Source of the DNA: Nocardioides sp.
GTDB lineage: Bacteria > Actinomycetota > Actinomycetes > Propionibacteriales > Nocardioidaceae
Reading direction: 5' to 3'
Length of the DNA: 64,000 bases
Assembly: GCF_036267815.1 (NCBI RefSeq)
Contig: NZ_DATAVI010000065.1
Coordinates: 20,383-84,382 of the forward strand
Part shown: one piece after another, positions 48,934 through 58,398 of the stretch
How positions within the stretch are numbered: the first letter of the stretch is position 1
Layout: each line of letters starts with the position of its first letter
Position numbers and translations under genes: made by a program
Notes under the pieces: model-generated
What the model saw: the letters and a program-made list of their open reading frames with translations, nothing else
What the model was told of the DNA's origin: nothing
Databases searched by the model: none

Positions 48934-49221
48934 TCAGAGGCCGGCGAGTGCGTCGTGGCGCGTCACGGGGCTCCACTCGTGGATCGCCACCGTGACGCCG
49001 GGGGCGGAGTAGTACGGGTCCGCGGACATGATGTCGTCGAGCTCGTCACGCGTGGCGGTCAGGAAGACCAGGAGCGCTCCGGTGTCGTCGCTCCACGGCC
49101 CGGCCGCCAGCAGGCGCCCCTCGGTGACGTGGGCGGCCAGCCGGTCGCGGTGTCCGGGCCGTAGCTCGAGTCGGGCGGGGTCGGCGGAGAAGCTCAGGAG
49201 GACGGCGTACATGCGACTCAT
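48934..49221 (-). CDS. YciI family protein
   Basis: RPGHR, AAGP, DPY motifs. Confidence 0.85.
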   Translation of the reverse strand: MSRMYAVLLSFSADPARLELRPGHRDRLAAHVTEGRLLAAGPWSDDTGALLVFLTATRDELDDIMSADPYYSAPGVTVAIHEWSPVTRHDALAGL

Positions 49222-49304
49222 CGTAGGCACGGGTGGCTTCGGCGGGTGCCTGAGCCCGCGCCATGGCGCCGGCTCAGGCGCACAACCCGTTCGGGTTGGC
49301 GGTG

Positions 49305-49997
49305 TCAGCCGCGGCGGCGGTGCCACCAGCGCCGGCGACGTGGCGACCCCGACGACCCCGACGACGTCGGCGGCGTGCGCTGGGCGGCGGCACGGCGGGT
49401 GGCCGCCTCGCGGCGTCGGGCCATCCGGCGCTCGCGCCAGGCGTCGACCTCGGACTCGACGTCGCGCGGCATGGTGACCAGAGGCGGACCGTCGACGGGG
49501 GTGTACCGCGCCCTGATGACGCGGTCGTTGAACTCCTCGACGATCCGGCGCACCTCCGACTCCGCGGTGTGGTGGTCGAGCCGGTCGTCGAGCTCCGCGT
49601 CGTCCTTGCGGAGCTGGAGCGCGGGCGGGAGGACGCCGGTGATCTTCTCGCGCTCGATCAGCTGCTTGACCCACCAGTCGGGGTCGTGCTGGGTGCCGAG
49701 GCTCTTGATGGGCTTGCCCGCGCCCGGCAGGTCGTCGAAGTCGCCGCGCGCCATCGCCTCCTTGATCTGGAGGTCGACCCACTGGTGCTGGCGCTGGATC
49801 CGCTGGGAGGCGGCGGCGCGGCCGGTGCGCTCGTCCCGCTCGGTCGGGCTCGGAGCTGCCCGGTCGGGCCCGGGGTCTGCGTCAGGCTCCCTTGCCGGCC
49901 GGCCGTCAGCACTGCGGCCAGATCCGCGGTCAGCTCCGCGGTCAGCTCTGTGGTCGTTGGCGTCCCGATCCCGGCCGGGCGTCTGCGAGGTGCCCAT
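49305..49997 (-). CDS. DUF1992 domain protein
   Basis: QIKEAMARGDFDDLPGAGKP, DPDWW. Confidence 0.85.
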   Translation of the reverse strand: MGTSQTPGRDRDANDHRADRGADRGSGRSADGRPAREPDADPGPDRAAPSPTERDERTGRAAASQRIQRQHQWVDLQIKEAMARGDFDDLPGAGKPIKSLGTQHDPDWWVKQLIEREKITGVLPPALQLRKDDAELDDRLDHHTAESEVRRIVEEFNDRVIRARYTPVDGPPLVTMPRDVESEVDAWRERRMARRREAATRRAAAQRTPPTSSGSSGSPRRRRWWHRRRG

Positions 49998-50021
49998 GCA
50001 GGATTCTCCCACGATCGCGGG

Positions 50022-50206
50022 CTAGGCCCGACGGGCGGGGCCGGGCGACACCAGCAGCGCCAGGGCGGCCAGGCGGCAGCCACCGCGCACACCGACCAGA
50101 CGACGAGACAGCCGTGGAGCGGCGCGTGACCCCGGACCGGGTCGCGGTCGGACAGGGTGGGGATGCGGACCAGCGCTTGGAGCCTCGCGACGGCCCGGTC
50201 GGTCAT
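50022..50206 (-). pseudogene. Remnant of an M20-family peptidase gene (first ~24 codons)
   Basis: MTDRAVARLQALVRIPTLSDRDP resembles M20 N-termini; similarity stops abruptly. Confidence 0.45.
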
Positions 50207-50380
50207 GACTGCAACCTAGGGCGTGTCTCCCCGTCGATGGGCGACCAGCGGCATTCACGTCGGCGCGGAGCTTGGCGACCGGCGAACGACGACCTGGCGC
50301 CTTGCGTCTCGGATCCAAGACAGGTCACCGGGTGCGTCGCGTTGACCCGGCGCCGTCGTACCGGTGGACTGGCAGCTGTG

Positions 50381-50989
50381 TCAGGACGTCCAGCGGCCCC
50401 GGTGTACGACGTCCACCTGAGGCTTGCGCACACGCTTGGTGGGGGAGCCGGAGGCCGCCTCCTCGGGCCGGCGGTGCCCCAGGGTGATCGCGCCGACGGG
50501 GTCGAAGTCGTCGGGGACGCCGAACGCCGAGCGCGTCGCCGCGTCGTACTCCGGCGGGATGCCGAAGAAGCACGCGCCGAGTCCCTCGTCGACGGCCGTC
50601 AGCAGGACGAGCAGGCTGGCCATCGCGGCGTCCATGTGCCAGAAGGGCACCGGCCAGCGAGCCTCGTCGAGGTCGGTCCAGCCCTTGTCGGGCTCGGCGT
50701 AGCGGTCGAGGTACGCCGCCTTGCTGGAGCACGGGATGATCACGACCGGCGCCGTCCGCATGCCGCTCAGCCAGCTGTCGGGCAGCTCGCCGGGCGTCGT
50801 GGTCACGTCCCAGAACGTCTCGATGTCAGCCGGCTGGTCGAGGACCAGGAACGCCCAGCCCTGGCTGAAGCCCGCGCTCGGTGCGCGGACGGCGTTGGCC
50901 AGCGCTCGCTCGACGAACGCCGGGTCGACCGGCTGGTCGGCGTACTCACGGATCATGCGGCGGCGGCGGACGACGTCCTGGAACTCCAT
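50381..50989 (-). CDS. Nitroreductase family protein
   Basis: VRRRRMIREY, RAPSAGFSQGW, GLGACFFG. Confidence 0.9.
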   Translation of the reverse strand: MEFQDVVRRRRMIREYADQPVDPAFVERALANAVRAPSAGFSQGWAFLVLDQPADIETFWDVTTTPGELPDSWLSGMRTAPVVIIPCSSKAAYLDRYAEPDKGWTDLDEARWPVPFWHMDAAMASLLVLLTAVDEGLGACFFGIPPEYDAATRSAFGVPDDFDPVGAITLGHRRPEEAASGSPTKRVRKPQVDVVHRGRWTS

Positions 50990-50999
50990 GGGGGCGAGT

Positions 51000-52208
51000 G
51001 TGCCTGATCACTTCGAGGAGATGTGGCGCGCGATCGCGCCGGTCGGCCGGTCCCAGCGCAGCGGCGGCTACTTCCGGCAGCCCTTGACTGACGCGGAACG
51101 GGAGCTCGACAGCTGGTTCGTCGAGCAGGCCGGGGCGCGTGGCCTGCGCCTGGAGTCCGACCCGTTCGGCAACCGGATCGCCTGGTGGGACAGCGGCTCC
51201 GGGCCTGGCGTCGTCACCGGCTCGCACCTCGACTCCGTCCTCGACGGTGGGGCCTACGACGGACCGCTGGGTGTCGTGACGGCACTGGCGGCCGTCGAGG
51301 TGCTGCGCGAGCGCGGGTTCCGTCCGGCGCGGCCGATCGGCGTCTCGGTGTTCGTCGAGGAGGAGGGCTCCCGCTTCGGTCTGGCCTGCCTCGGGTCTCG
51401 GCTGGCGACCGGCACGATCGCCTGGGAGAACGCCCGCGACCTCAGCGACCGGGACGGCGTACGACTGGACGATGCGATGGCGGCAGCCGGGCTCGACCTG
51501 GAGAATCCCCAGCCCTGGCTGGGATCTGGGGCTATCGGGTGGTTCGTGGAGCTCCACGTCGAGCAGGGGCGCGACCTGGTCGACCGGGGCGCGGCGATCG
51601 GCGTCGCGAGCCGGATCTGGCCGCACGGGAGGTACCGCGTCGAGATCTCCGGGGAGCCCAACCACGCGGGAACGACGCGGATGGAGGACCGCCGCGACCC
51701 CATGCTCACCTACGCGATGACCGCCCTCGCGGCGAACAAGCACGCGCGGCTCGCGGGGCAGCGCGCGACGTTCGGACGAGTCGAGACGACGCCGAACTCC
51801 ACCAACTCCGTGCCGTCGCAGGTGACGGCGTGGCTCGATGCCCGATGCGAGTCGGACGAGGCGCTGGCGGCGCTGGTCGGGACGATCACGCGGCAGGGCG
51901 CCGAGCGCGCGGCGCGGGACGGGACGACGCTGACGGTAACGGCGGAGTCGGTGTCGGGGGCCGTGGACTTCGACCCCGACCTCGCGAGGCGGATCGCCGT
52001 CGACCACGAGTCCGGAGACTGGCCGGTGCTGCCCACCCAGGCCGGCCACGATGCCGGCATCCTGTCCGCGCGCGGGATCCCCAGCGCGATGCTGTTCGTC
52101 CGCAACCCGAGCGGGATCTCCCACTCGCCGGCCGAGCATGCCGAGGTGCCGGACTGCCTGGCGGGGGTCGACGCCCTTGCCGAGACCCTCGCGAGGCTGG
52201 CGTCGTGA
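51000..52208 (+). CDS. M20 amidohydrolase (allantoate-amidohydrolase family), probable N-formylglutamate hydrolase of the hut pathway
   Basis: GSHLDSV, GAYDGPLG, EEEGSRF, ELHVEQG, GHDA; coupled to hutF. Confidence 0.85.
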   Translation: MPDHFEEMWRAIAPVGRSQRSGGYFRQPLTDAERELDSWFVEQAGARGLRLESDPFGNRIAWWDSGSGPGVVTGSHLDSVLDGGAYDGPLGVVTALAAVEVLRERGFRPARPIGVSVFVEEEGSRFGLACLGSRLATGTIAWENARDLSDRDGVRLDDAMAAAGLDLENPQPWLGSGAIGWFVELHVEQGRDLVDRGAAIGVASRIWPHGRYRVEISGEPNHAGTTRMEDRRDPMLTYAMTALAANKHARLAGQRATFGRVETTPNSTNSVPSQVTAWLDARCESDEALAALVGTITRQGAERAARDGTTLTVTAESVSGAVDFDPDLARRIAVDHESGDWPVLPTQAGHDAGILSARGIPSAMLFVRNPSGISHSPAEHAEVPDCLAGVDALAETLARLAS

Positions 52209-53614
52209 CCCGCCACGGTGACCGCGCGTCGTACCTCCTGGAGCGGGCGTGGGTGGGCGGGGCCGTCCGGGACGACGTACTGGTGGAGATCGCGGACGGA
52301 CGTTTCACTTCTGTCACAGTTCCTGGCCTCTCCTCGCACTTCCCGGGGGTTGCAGCGGCCAGTAAGCGCCAAATCCCCCGCTTCAGCGGGGGATTTGACG
52401 GCGGCGGCAGCGGCGGCGAGAGGGGAGACGCGCCCACGCGGCTCGGGGGGCTCACGGTGCCCGGGCTGGCGAACTGTCACAGCCACGCGTTCCACCGCGC
52501 ACTGCGGGGGAGGACGCAGCGCGACCGGGGGACCTTCTGGACCTGGCGCCAGCAGATGTACGACGTCGCGGCGCGGCTCGACCCGGACTCCTACCACGCG
52601 CTGGCGACCGTCACCTATCGCGAGATGGTGGCCGCCGGCATCACGTCGGTCGGCGAGTTCCACTACCTGCACCACCAGCCCGACGGCACGCCGTACGCCG
52701 AGCCGAACGCGATGGGGCTGGCTCTCGTCGAGGCGGCCGGGGCGGCGGGCCTGCGGATCACCCTGCTCGACACCTGCTATCTCAGCTCCGGCTTCGGGGC
52801 CCCGCCCGAGGGCGCGCAGGTGCGCTACGACGACGGGAGCGCGGAGGGCTGGGCCGAGCGCGTGCGCGGTCTGAGCGAGGACGACGGCAGCCGGATCGGC
52901 GCGGCGGTCCACTCGGTGCGCGCCGTACCCCGTGACCAGCTCCCCAAGGTCGTCGAGGCGGCGTCGGGTCGCCCGCTGCACGTCCACCTCTCCGAGCAGG
53001 TCGCCGAGAACGACGCGTGTGTCAGGGAGTACGGCGCCTCGCCGACGCGCGTCCTCGCCGAGGCGGGAGCCCTGGGTGCGCTCACCACGGCCGTGCACGC
53101 GACCCACCTGACTCCCGACGACGTCCGGCTCCTGGGCGACAGCGCCACCTTCTCCTGCTTCTGCCCGACCACCGAGCGCGACCTCGGCGACGGGATCGGT
53201 CCCAGCCGCGCCCTCCATGACGCCGGCAGCCCGCTGACGCTGGGCAGCGACAGCCAGGCGGTGATCGACCCGTTCGAGGAGATGCGCGCGGTCGAGCTCG
53301 ACGAGCGTCTGGCCAGTCAGCGGCGCGGCCACTGGACGGCGTCGGAGCTGCTCGCCGCGGCGACCCGCCACGACTCCCTCGGCTGGGACGACGCCGGCGA
53401 GATCGCGGTCGGACGCCGGGCGGACCTGGTCACCGTCGCGACCGATCGCGTGCGGACCGCCGGCACCGGGGCCGACGAACAGACCTTGGTGTTCGCCGCG
53501 ACCGCCGAGGACGTCACCCACGTGATCGCCGACGGCCGGGTGGTCTTCGTCGAGGATGACCGCGAGCGCCTCGGTCGCGACCTCGACCGGGTCGTCGGCA
53601 GGATCTGGGCATGA
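52205..53614 (+). CDS. hutF: Formimidoylglutamate deiminase
   Basis: [30 protein letters not shown]. Confidence 0.9.
   Translation: MTRHGDRASYLLERAWVGGAVRDDVLVEIADGRFTSVTVPGLSSHFPGVAAASKRQIPRFSGGFDGGGSGGERGDAPTRLGGLTVPGLANCHSHAFHRALRGRTQRDRGTFWTWRQQMYDVAARLDPDSYHALATVTYREMVAAGITSVGEFHYLHHQPDGTPYAEPNAMGLALVEAAGAAGLRITLLDTCYLSSGFGAPPEGAQVRYDDGSAEGWAERVRGLSEDDGSRIGAAVHSVRAVPRDQLPKVVEAASGRPLHVHLSEQVAENDACVREYGASPTRVLAEAGALGALTTAVHATHLTPDDVRLLGDSATFSCFCPTTERDLGDGIGPSRALHDAGSPLTLGSDSQAVIDPFEEMRAVELDERLASQRRGHWTASELLAAATRHDSLGWDDAGEIAVGRRADLVTVATDRVRTAGTGADEQTLVFAATAEDVTHVIADGRVVFVEDDRERLGRDLDRVVGRIWA
52320..52397. repeat. Family-2 double-hairpin repeat inserted in-frame in hutF
   Basis: Shares both flanks with 15659-15733; perfect 12-bp stem CAAATCCCCCGC-TTCA-GCGGGGGATTTG. 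Confidence 0.8.
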
Positions 53615-54768
53615 CCGCGACGCTCATCACCAACATCGGCGAGCTGGTCACCAACGACCCCGACGCCGACGACCTGCTCGGCGTCGTCAACGACGCGGCG
53701 GTCGTCGTCGACGGAGCGACGGTCGCCTGGGTGGGCCGCGCGTCCGGTGCGCCGTCCGCCGATGCGCAGGTGGACGCCGGCGGGCGGGCGGTGCTCCCCG
53801 GCTTCGTCGACTCCCACTCCCACCTGGTCTTCGCCGGAGACCGCTCCGCAGAGTTCGCGGCCCGGATGGCGGGTGAGTCCTACGCGGCGGGTGGGATCCG
53901 CACGACGGTGGCCGCGACCCGCGCGGCCAGCGACGATCAGCTCACCAGCCATGTCGCCCGCCTCGTCCAGGAGATGCTCCGGCAAGGCACCACGACCGTC
54001 GAGATCAAGAGCGGCTACGGCCTGACCGTCTCCGACGAGGCACGCAGCCTCGCGGTGGCCCGGCAGTTCACCGAGGAGACGACGTTCCTCGGGGCGCACG
54101 TCGTCCCGGCAGACACCACGCCGGAGGAGTACGTCGCGCTGGTCACCGGCCCGATGCTGGAGGCCTGCGCCCCCCACGCCCGGTGGGTCGACGCGTTCTG
54201 CGAGCGGGGCGCCTTCGACGCCGACCAGTCCCGGGCCGTCCTCCAGGCCGGTGCGGCGGCGGGGCTGCGCGGACGCCTGCACGCCAACCAGCTCGGGCCC
54301 GGCCCCGGCGTGCGCCTGGCCTGCGAGCTGGGGCTGACCGCCGTCGACCACTGCACCTACCTGACCGACGACGACGTCGCGGCGCTGGCCGAGACGGGCA
54401 CGGTCGCGACGTTGCTGCCGGGCGTGGAGTTCTCGACGCGCCAGCCCTACCCGGACGCCAGGCGTCTGCTCGACGCCGGAGCCAGGGTCGCGATCGCCTC
54501 GGACTGCAACCCCGGGTCATGCTTCACCAGCTCGGTGCCGCTGTGCGTCGCGCTGGCGGTGCGGGAGATGGGCATGACCCCGGCGGAGGCGGTCCACGCC
54601 GCGACGGCCGGCGGCGCCCTCGCGCTGGACCGGCGCGACGTCGGCGCGCTGGTCCCCGGCCGGCGGGCCGACCTGGTCCTCCTGGACGCTCCGACGTACG
54701 TCCACCTCGCCTACCGTCCGGGGGTCCCGCTGGTCAGCGGTGTCTGGGTGGCAGGTCGCCCCGTCTGA
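53611..54768 (+). CDS. hutI: Imidazolonepropionase
   Basis: [25 protein letters not shown]. Confidence 0.95.
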   Translation: MTATLITNIGELVTNDPDADDLLGVVNDAAVVVDGATVAWVGRASGAPSADAQVDAGGRAVLPGFVDSHSHLVFAGDRSAEFAARMAGESYAAGGIRTTVAATRAASDDQLTSHVARLVQEMLRQGTTTVEIKSGYGLTVSDEARSLAVARQFTEETTFLGAHVVPADTTPEEYVALVTGPMLEACAPHARWVDAFCERGAFDADQSRAVLQAGAAAGLRGRLHANQLGPGPGVRLACELGLTAVDHCTYLTDDDVAALAETGTVATLLPGVEFSTRQPYPDARRLLDAGARVAIASDCNPGSCFTSSVPLCVALAVREMGMTPAEAVHAATAGGALALDRRDVGALVPGRRADLVLLDAPTYVHLAYRPGVPLVSGVWVAGRPV

Positions 54769-54874
54769 GGCTCGCGGAGCCCGTCTGAGGTAGCTCGATC
54801 CATGGTCCCCGGATCGTCTGAGGTAGGCCGTCGCCGGAGATAGGGAACGGTGCCGATGTGTGGCCCTACCTCAG
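54762..54874. promoter_or_regulatory. Repeated CTGAGGTAG boxes upstream of the sORF/LAL regulator
   Basis: CGTCTGAGG(TAG) at 54762, 54782 and 54815; inverted CTACCTCAG at 54866. Confidence 0.55.
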
Positions 54875-54914
54875 GGAGGGAGTCTCTACTCATCAGCCAG
54901 CACGACCAGAAGGG

Positions 54915-55076
54915 ATGAGTGGGATGAACGACCTTTTCCTCCTCGAGCCGGAGTACCACTACCACGCCGACCGCACGCGCGGTGAGCTCCAGCCGGTGCG
55001 ACACCGCAAGTGGCGCCGTCGGCTGAAGTGGGACGGCCCCAGTGGGGCCACCGACGAGAAGAACTGGATCAACTGA
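54915..55076 (+). CDS. Small basic-tailed protein (M)SGMNDLFLLEPEYHYHADRTRGELQPVRHRKWRRRLKW...
   Basis: ORF immediately upstream of the LAL gene; similar to the 29128 sORF. Confidence 0.6.
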   Translation: MSGMNDLFLLEPEYHYHADRTRGELQPVRHRKWRRRLKWDGPSGATDEKNWIN

Positions 55077-55113
55077 GATGCCGGTGTCCGTGGTCCCCGC
55101 CAAGATGGACCAC

Positions 55114-58053
55114 ATGACATCGGAGTTGGTCGGACGAGATGCCGAGCTGGAGCAGCTGTGCTCCACGCTCGGCATCTCTGCGTCCACCGTCCCGGCCGAG
55201 CGGGCCGCTGTCCTGCTCGCGGGCGACGCCGGTGTCGGCAAGACCCGCCTGCTGACCGAGCTCCGCGACCGTGCGGTCGAGCAGGGCTGGCTGGTGCTGG
55301 CCGGTCACTGCCTCGACTTCGCCGACAGCGCCCTTCCCTACCTCCCCTTCTCCGAGATCACCGGCCGTATCTCCCGTGTGCTGCCCGACCTCTTCGACGA
55401 GGTTGCCGAGCGCCACCCCGCCCTGCTCCGTCTGCTGCCCGGCCAGCGGATGTTGAGCAAGGCCACCGACCCCGAGTCGGTCCCCGCCGACCAGGCGGCC
55501 CTCTTCGACGCCGTCCACGCCCTGGCCGAGTGCGTGGGCGAGCGCCAGCGCCTGCTGCTCGTGGTCGAGGACCTCCACTGGGCCGACCACTCGACGCGCG
55601 ACCTGATGAGCTTCCTGTTCGCCCGGGGCTTCGAGTCCCAGGTCGCCCTGGTCGGCTCCTACCGCACCGACGACCTCCACCGCCGCCATCCACTCCGGCG
55701 CCAGGTGTCCACCTGGGTCCGGATGACCGGAGTCGAGCGGGTCCAGCTCGAGCCCCTGCGTCGCGCCGACGTACGTCGGCTCGTCGAGCAGCTCAGCCCC
55801 GAGCCGCTGTCGCAGGAGCGGCTCCGCGACATCGTCGGCCGCGCCGAGGGCAACGCGTTCTTCGCCGAGGAGCTGGTCGGTGCCACGCACGTGCGCACCG
55901 GCCGGATCCCCGAAGACCTCGCCGAGCTGCTCCTGGTCCGGCTCGAGACCCTCGACGACGCCGCGGTGACGGCGGTCCGCGCCGCCGCCGTGGCCGGCCG
56001 CCGGGTCTCGCACGCCGCGCTGACCTCGGTGGTCGGCCTCGAGTCCGGCGACCTCGACCGGGCCCTCCGCGACGCCGTGGACGCGCACGTGCTCGTGCCG
56101 ACCAGTGACGACTTCTACCGCTTCCGTCACGCCCTGCTGGCCGAGGCGGTCTACGACGACCTCCTGCCCGGAGAGCGGGCCTCTCTCCACGCGGCGTACG
56201 TCCGCGTGCTGCTCGACGGTCGAGCCGCCGGCACGGCGGCCGAGCTGGCCCGCCATGCGCGCTTGGCCAAGGACTTCCCGACGGCGCTGACCGCCAGCCT
56301 CCGCGCCGGTGACGACGCGCGCGGTGTCGGCGGCGCGGAGGAGGCGGCCCAGCACTACCTCCAGGCGCTCGATCTGTGGTCCGACGCGCGGCTCCTGGAC
56401 CCGGCGCAGGAGGCCGGCCTCGACTACCCCCGCCTGGTCGGCCTGGTCTCCGAGGCGCTGATCGCGGCCGGTCACCCGGCCCGAGCCCTCGGCGTGGCCC
56501 GTGAGCAGCTCGAGCACCTCCCGGCCGACACCGAGCCGTCGGTGCGGGGGCAGATCCTGGGCGTCGTCGCTAGCTCGCTCTACATGACCGAGACGCTGGA
56601 GGATCCGCTCGCGCTGACCACCGAGGCGCTGTCCTTGGTCCCCGACGAGCCCACCCGTGCCCGGGTGAAGGTGCTGGCGATCCACGCACTGATGCTGGGC
56701 CGCGCGAGCCGCTACGCGGAGGGCCGCGAGGTCGCGATGACCGCCGCGGCCCTGGCCGAGCGGCTCGACCTGCCCCGCCTGGCCAGCGACATCCAGACCA
56801 CCCTGGTGAGTCTCCAGCGCATGGACGGCTCCACCGAGTCGCTGGTCGAGGCCTTCCGGTCCGCGATCGCCGGAGCCGTCGAGGCGGGTGCGTCCAACAC
56901 CGAGCTGCGCGCGCTCCTCCTGCTCGGCAACCATCTCCTCGACAGCGGCGAGTTCGCCGAGGCCGAGGAGACCCTGAGCCGGGCCGTGACCCGCGCGAAG
57001 GCCGAGGGCACGCCCTGGGTGCCCTACGCCGCGGAGGCGCGGTGGCTGCACGCCGTCTCGCTGCGGATGCAGGGCCGGTGGGACGACGCGCTGCGCGTGC
57101 TCGACACCTCCATGGAGGTCGTCCCGCCGATCTACGAGGCCGTGCTGGGCGCGACCAGGGCGCAGATCCTCGTGGGACGGGGAGATCCCGCGGGTGTGGC
57201 GCTGGCGCGCGAGCTGCGCCCGTTCTGGCGCGAGGAGGGGATCGTCGCGACCACCGGCGGCACCGCGGAGCTCGAGGCCGCCGAGCTCGCCGGAGACCAG
57301 GACACCGCCGCCGAGCTGTACCAGCTGATCTGCGAGATGCTCACCAAGATCTGGCACCCGCTCTTCCAGGCCCGGGTGCGACTTGCCTCGGTCACGCTCT
57401 CGGCGTTCGCCCAGGGAGCGGCTCGTCGCAGCGCCGGCGAGCGGCTCGCCGACGCACCGTTCGTCGCGGGGGTCGCCGACGACGCGCACGCCGTCTACGA
57501 CCGCCGCCAGACCCACGCCGGGAGCTCGTGGGGGCCCGAGAGCATGGCCTGGGTCGCCAGGGTCGACGCCGAGCTGCTGCGCTGGCGCTGGGTGGCCGAC
57601 GTCGAGCCGCCGTCCCAGCGCGAGCTCGTGGCGGCCTGGCGCGGCGTCGAGGCCCGGTTCGAGACGTTCGGCTCGCCCTACGAGCTGGCCTCGGTCCGAG
57701 CCACCCTCGCCGAGGTCCTGGCCGCGACCGGCGACACCGCCGGGGCCGACGTCGTCGCCGAGGCTGCGGTCGCGGCGGCCGAGTCGCTCGGGGCCAAGCC
57801 GTTGCTCGCCCGGCTCGGCAGGCCGGGTGCGGCGCCGAGACCGGTCGCCGGGCACGGCGTCAGCCTCACGCCGCGTGAGTCGGAGATCCTCGCCCTGGTC
57901 GCCCAGGGCCGCAGCAACGGCGAGATCGGCAGACAGCTCTTCATCAGCACCAAGACGGTCTCGGTCCACGTCTCCAACATCCTCGGCAAGCTCGGTGCCT
58001 CCGGTCGCACCGAGGCGGCGGCGATCGCCCGACGCGACGGGCTGCTCGGCTGA
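55114..58053 (+). CDS. Large ATP-binding LuxR (LAL/STAND AAA + HTH) regulator
   Basis: LVGRDAE, GDAGVGKT, VEDLHWAD, GNAFFAEEL; C-terminal LuxR HTH. Confidence 0.92.
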   Translation: MTSELVGRDAELEQLCSTLGISASTVPAERAAVLLAGDAGVGKTRLLTELRDRAVEQGWLVLAGHCLDFADSALPYLPFSEITGRISRVLPDLFDEVAERHPALLRLLPGQRMLSKATDPESVPADQAALFDAVHALAECVGERQRLLLVVEDLHWADHSTRDLMSFLFARGFESQVALVGSYRTDDLHRRHPLRRQVSTWVRMTGVERVQLEPLRRADVRRLVEQLSPEPLSQERLRDIVGRAEGNAFFAEELVGATHVRTGRIPEDLAELLLVRLETLDDAAVTAVRAAAVAGRRVSHAALTSVVGLESGDLDRALRDAVDAHVLVPTSDDFYRFRHALLAEAVYDDLLPGERASLHAAYVRVLLDGRAAGTAAELARHARLAKDFPTALTASLRAGDDARGVGGAEEAAQHYLQALDLWSDARLLDPAQEAGLDYPRLVGLVSEALIAAGHPARALGVAREQLEHLPADTEPSVRGQILGVVASSLYMTETLEDPLALTTEALSLVPDEPTRARVKVLAIHALMLGRASRYAEGREVAMTAAALAERLDLPRLASDIQTTLVSLQRMDGSTESLVEAFRSAIAGAVEAGASNTELRALLLLGNHLLDSGEFAEAEETLSRAVTRAKAEGTPWVPYAAEARWLHAVSLRMQGRWDDALRVLDTSMEVVPPIYEAVLGATRAQILVGRGDPAGVALARELRPFWREEGIVATTGGTAELEAAELAGDQDTAAELYQLICEMLTKIWHPLFQARVRLASVTLSAFAQGAARRSAGERLADAPFVAGVADDAHAVYDRRQTHAGSSWGPESMAWVARVDAELLRWRWVADVEPPSQRELVAAWRGVEARFETFGSPYELASVRATLAEVLAATGDTAGADVVAEAAVAAAESLGAKPLLARLGRPGAAPRPVAGHGVSLTPRESEILALVAQGRSNGEIGRQLFISTKTVSVHVSNILGKLGASGRTEAAAIARRDGLLG

Positions 58054-58076
58054 GCCTCATCGGCCAGGATGGTCAG

Positions 58077-58102
58077 GCGTGACAGCGCGAGGGTTGGGGT
58101 AC
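58077..58102 (+). promoter_or_regulatory. Possible SigB/SigF-type promoter GCGT-N16-GGGTAC
   Basis: About 50 bp upstream of the repeat-peptide start. Confidence 0.35.
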
Positions 58103-58155
58103 GACCTCCTCGAGGGCGCGTTCGTCCTCGCCCTACCCCTCGAAGGAGACCACCC

Positions 58156-58398
58156 ATGACGACCACCCCTGAGGAGCCCGCAGGCGGGCTCAGCGACGAC
58201 GACATCACGGCCGGTGGCACCGGCGTCGACGAGCCGACCACCGGCGACGCGGACGGCACCGACGGCACCGATGGCGACGGCACGGACGGTGACGGCACCG
58301 ACGGCACCGACGGAACGGACACCGACGGCACGGACGGCACTGACGGCGACGGGACCGACGGTGACGGCACCGACGGCACCGACGGGAGCGGGTCCTGA
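58156..58398 (+). CDS. 80-aa Asp/Gly/Thr repeat peptide (candidate modified precursor)
   Basis: RBS GAAGGAG; unique N-terminal segment (LSDDDI) followed by 16 DG dipeptides; stop overlaps the next gene. Confidence 0.85.
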   Translation: MTTTPEEPAGGLSDDDITAGGTGVDEPTTGDADGTDGTDGDGTDGDGTDGTDGTDTDGTDGTDGDGTDGDGTDGTDGSGS

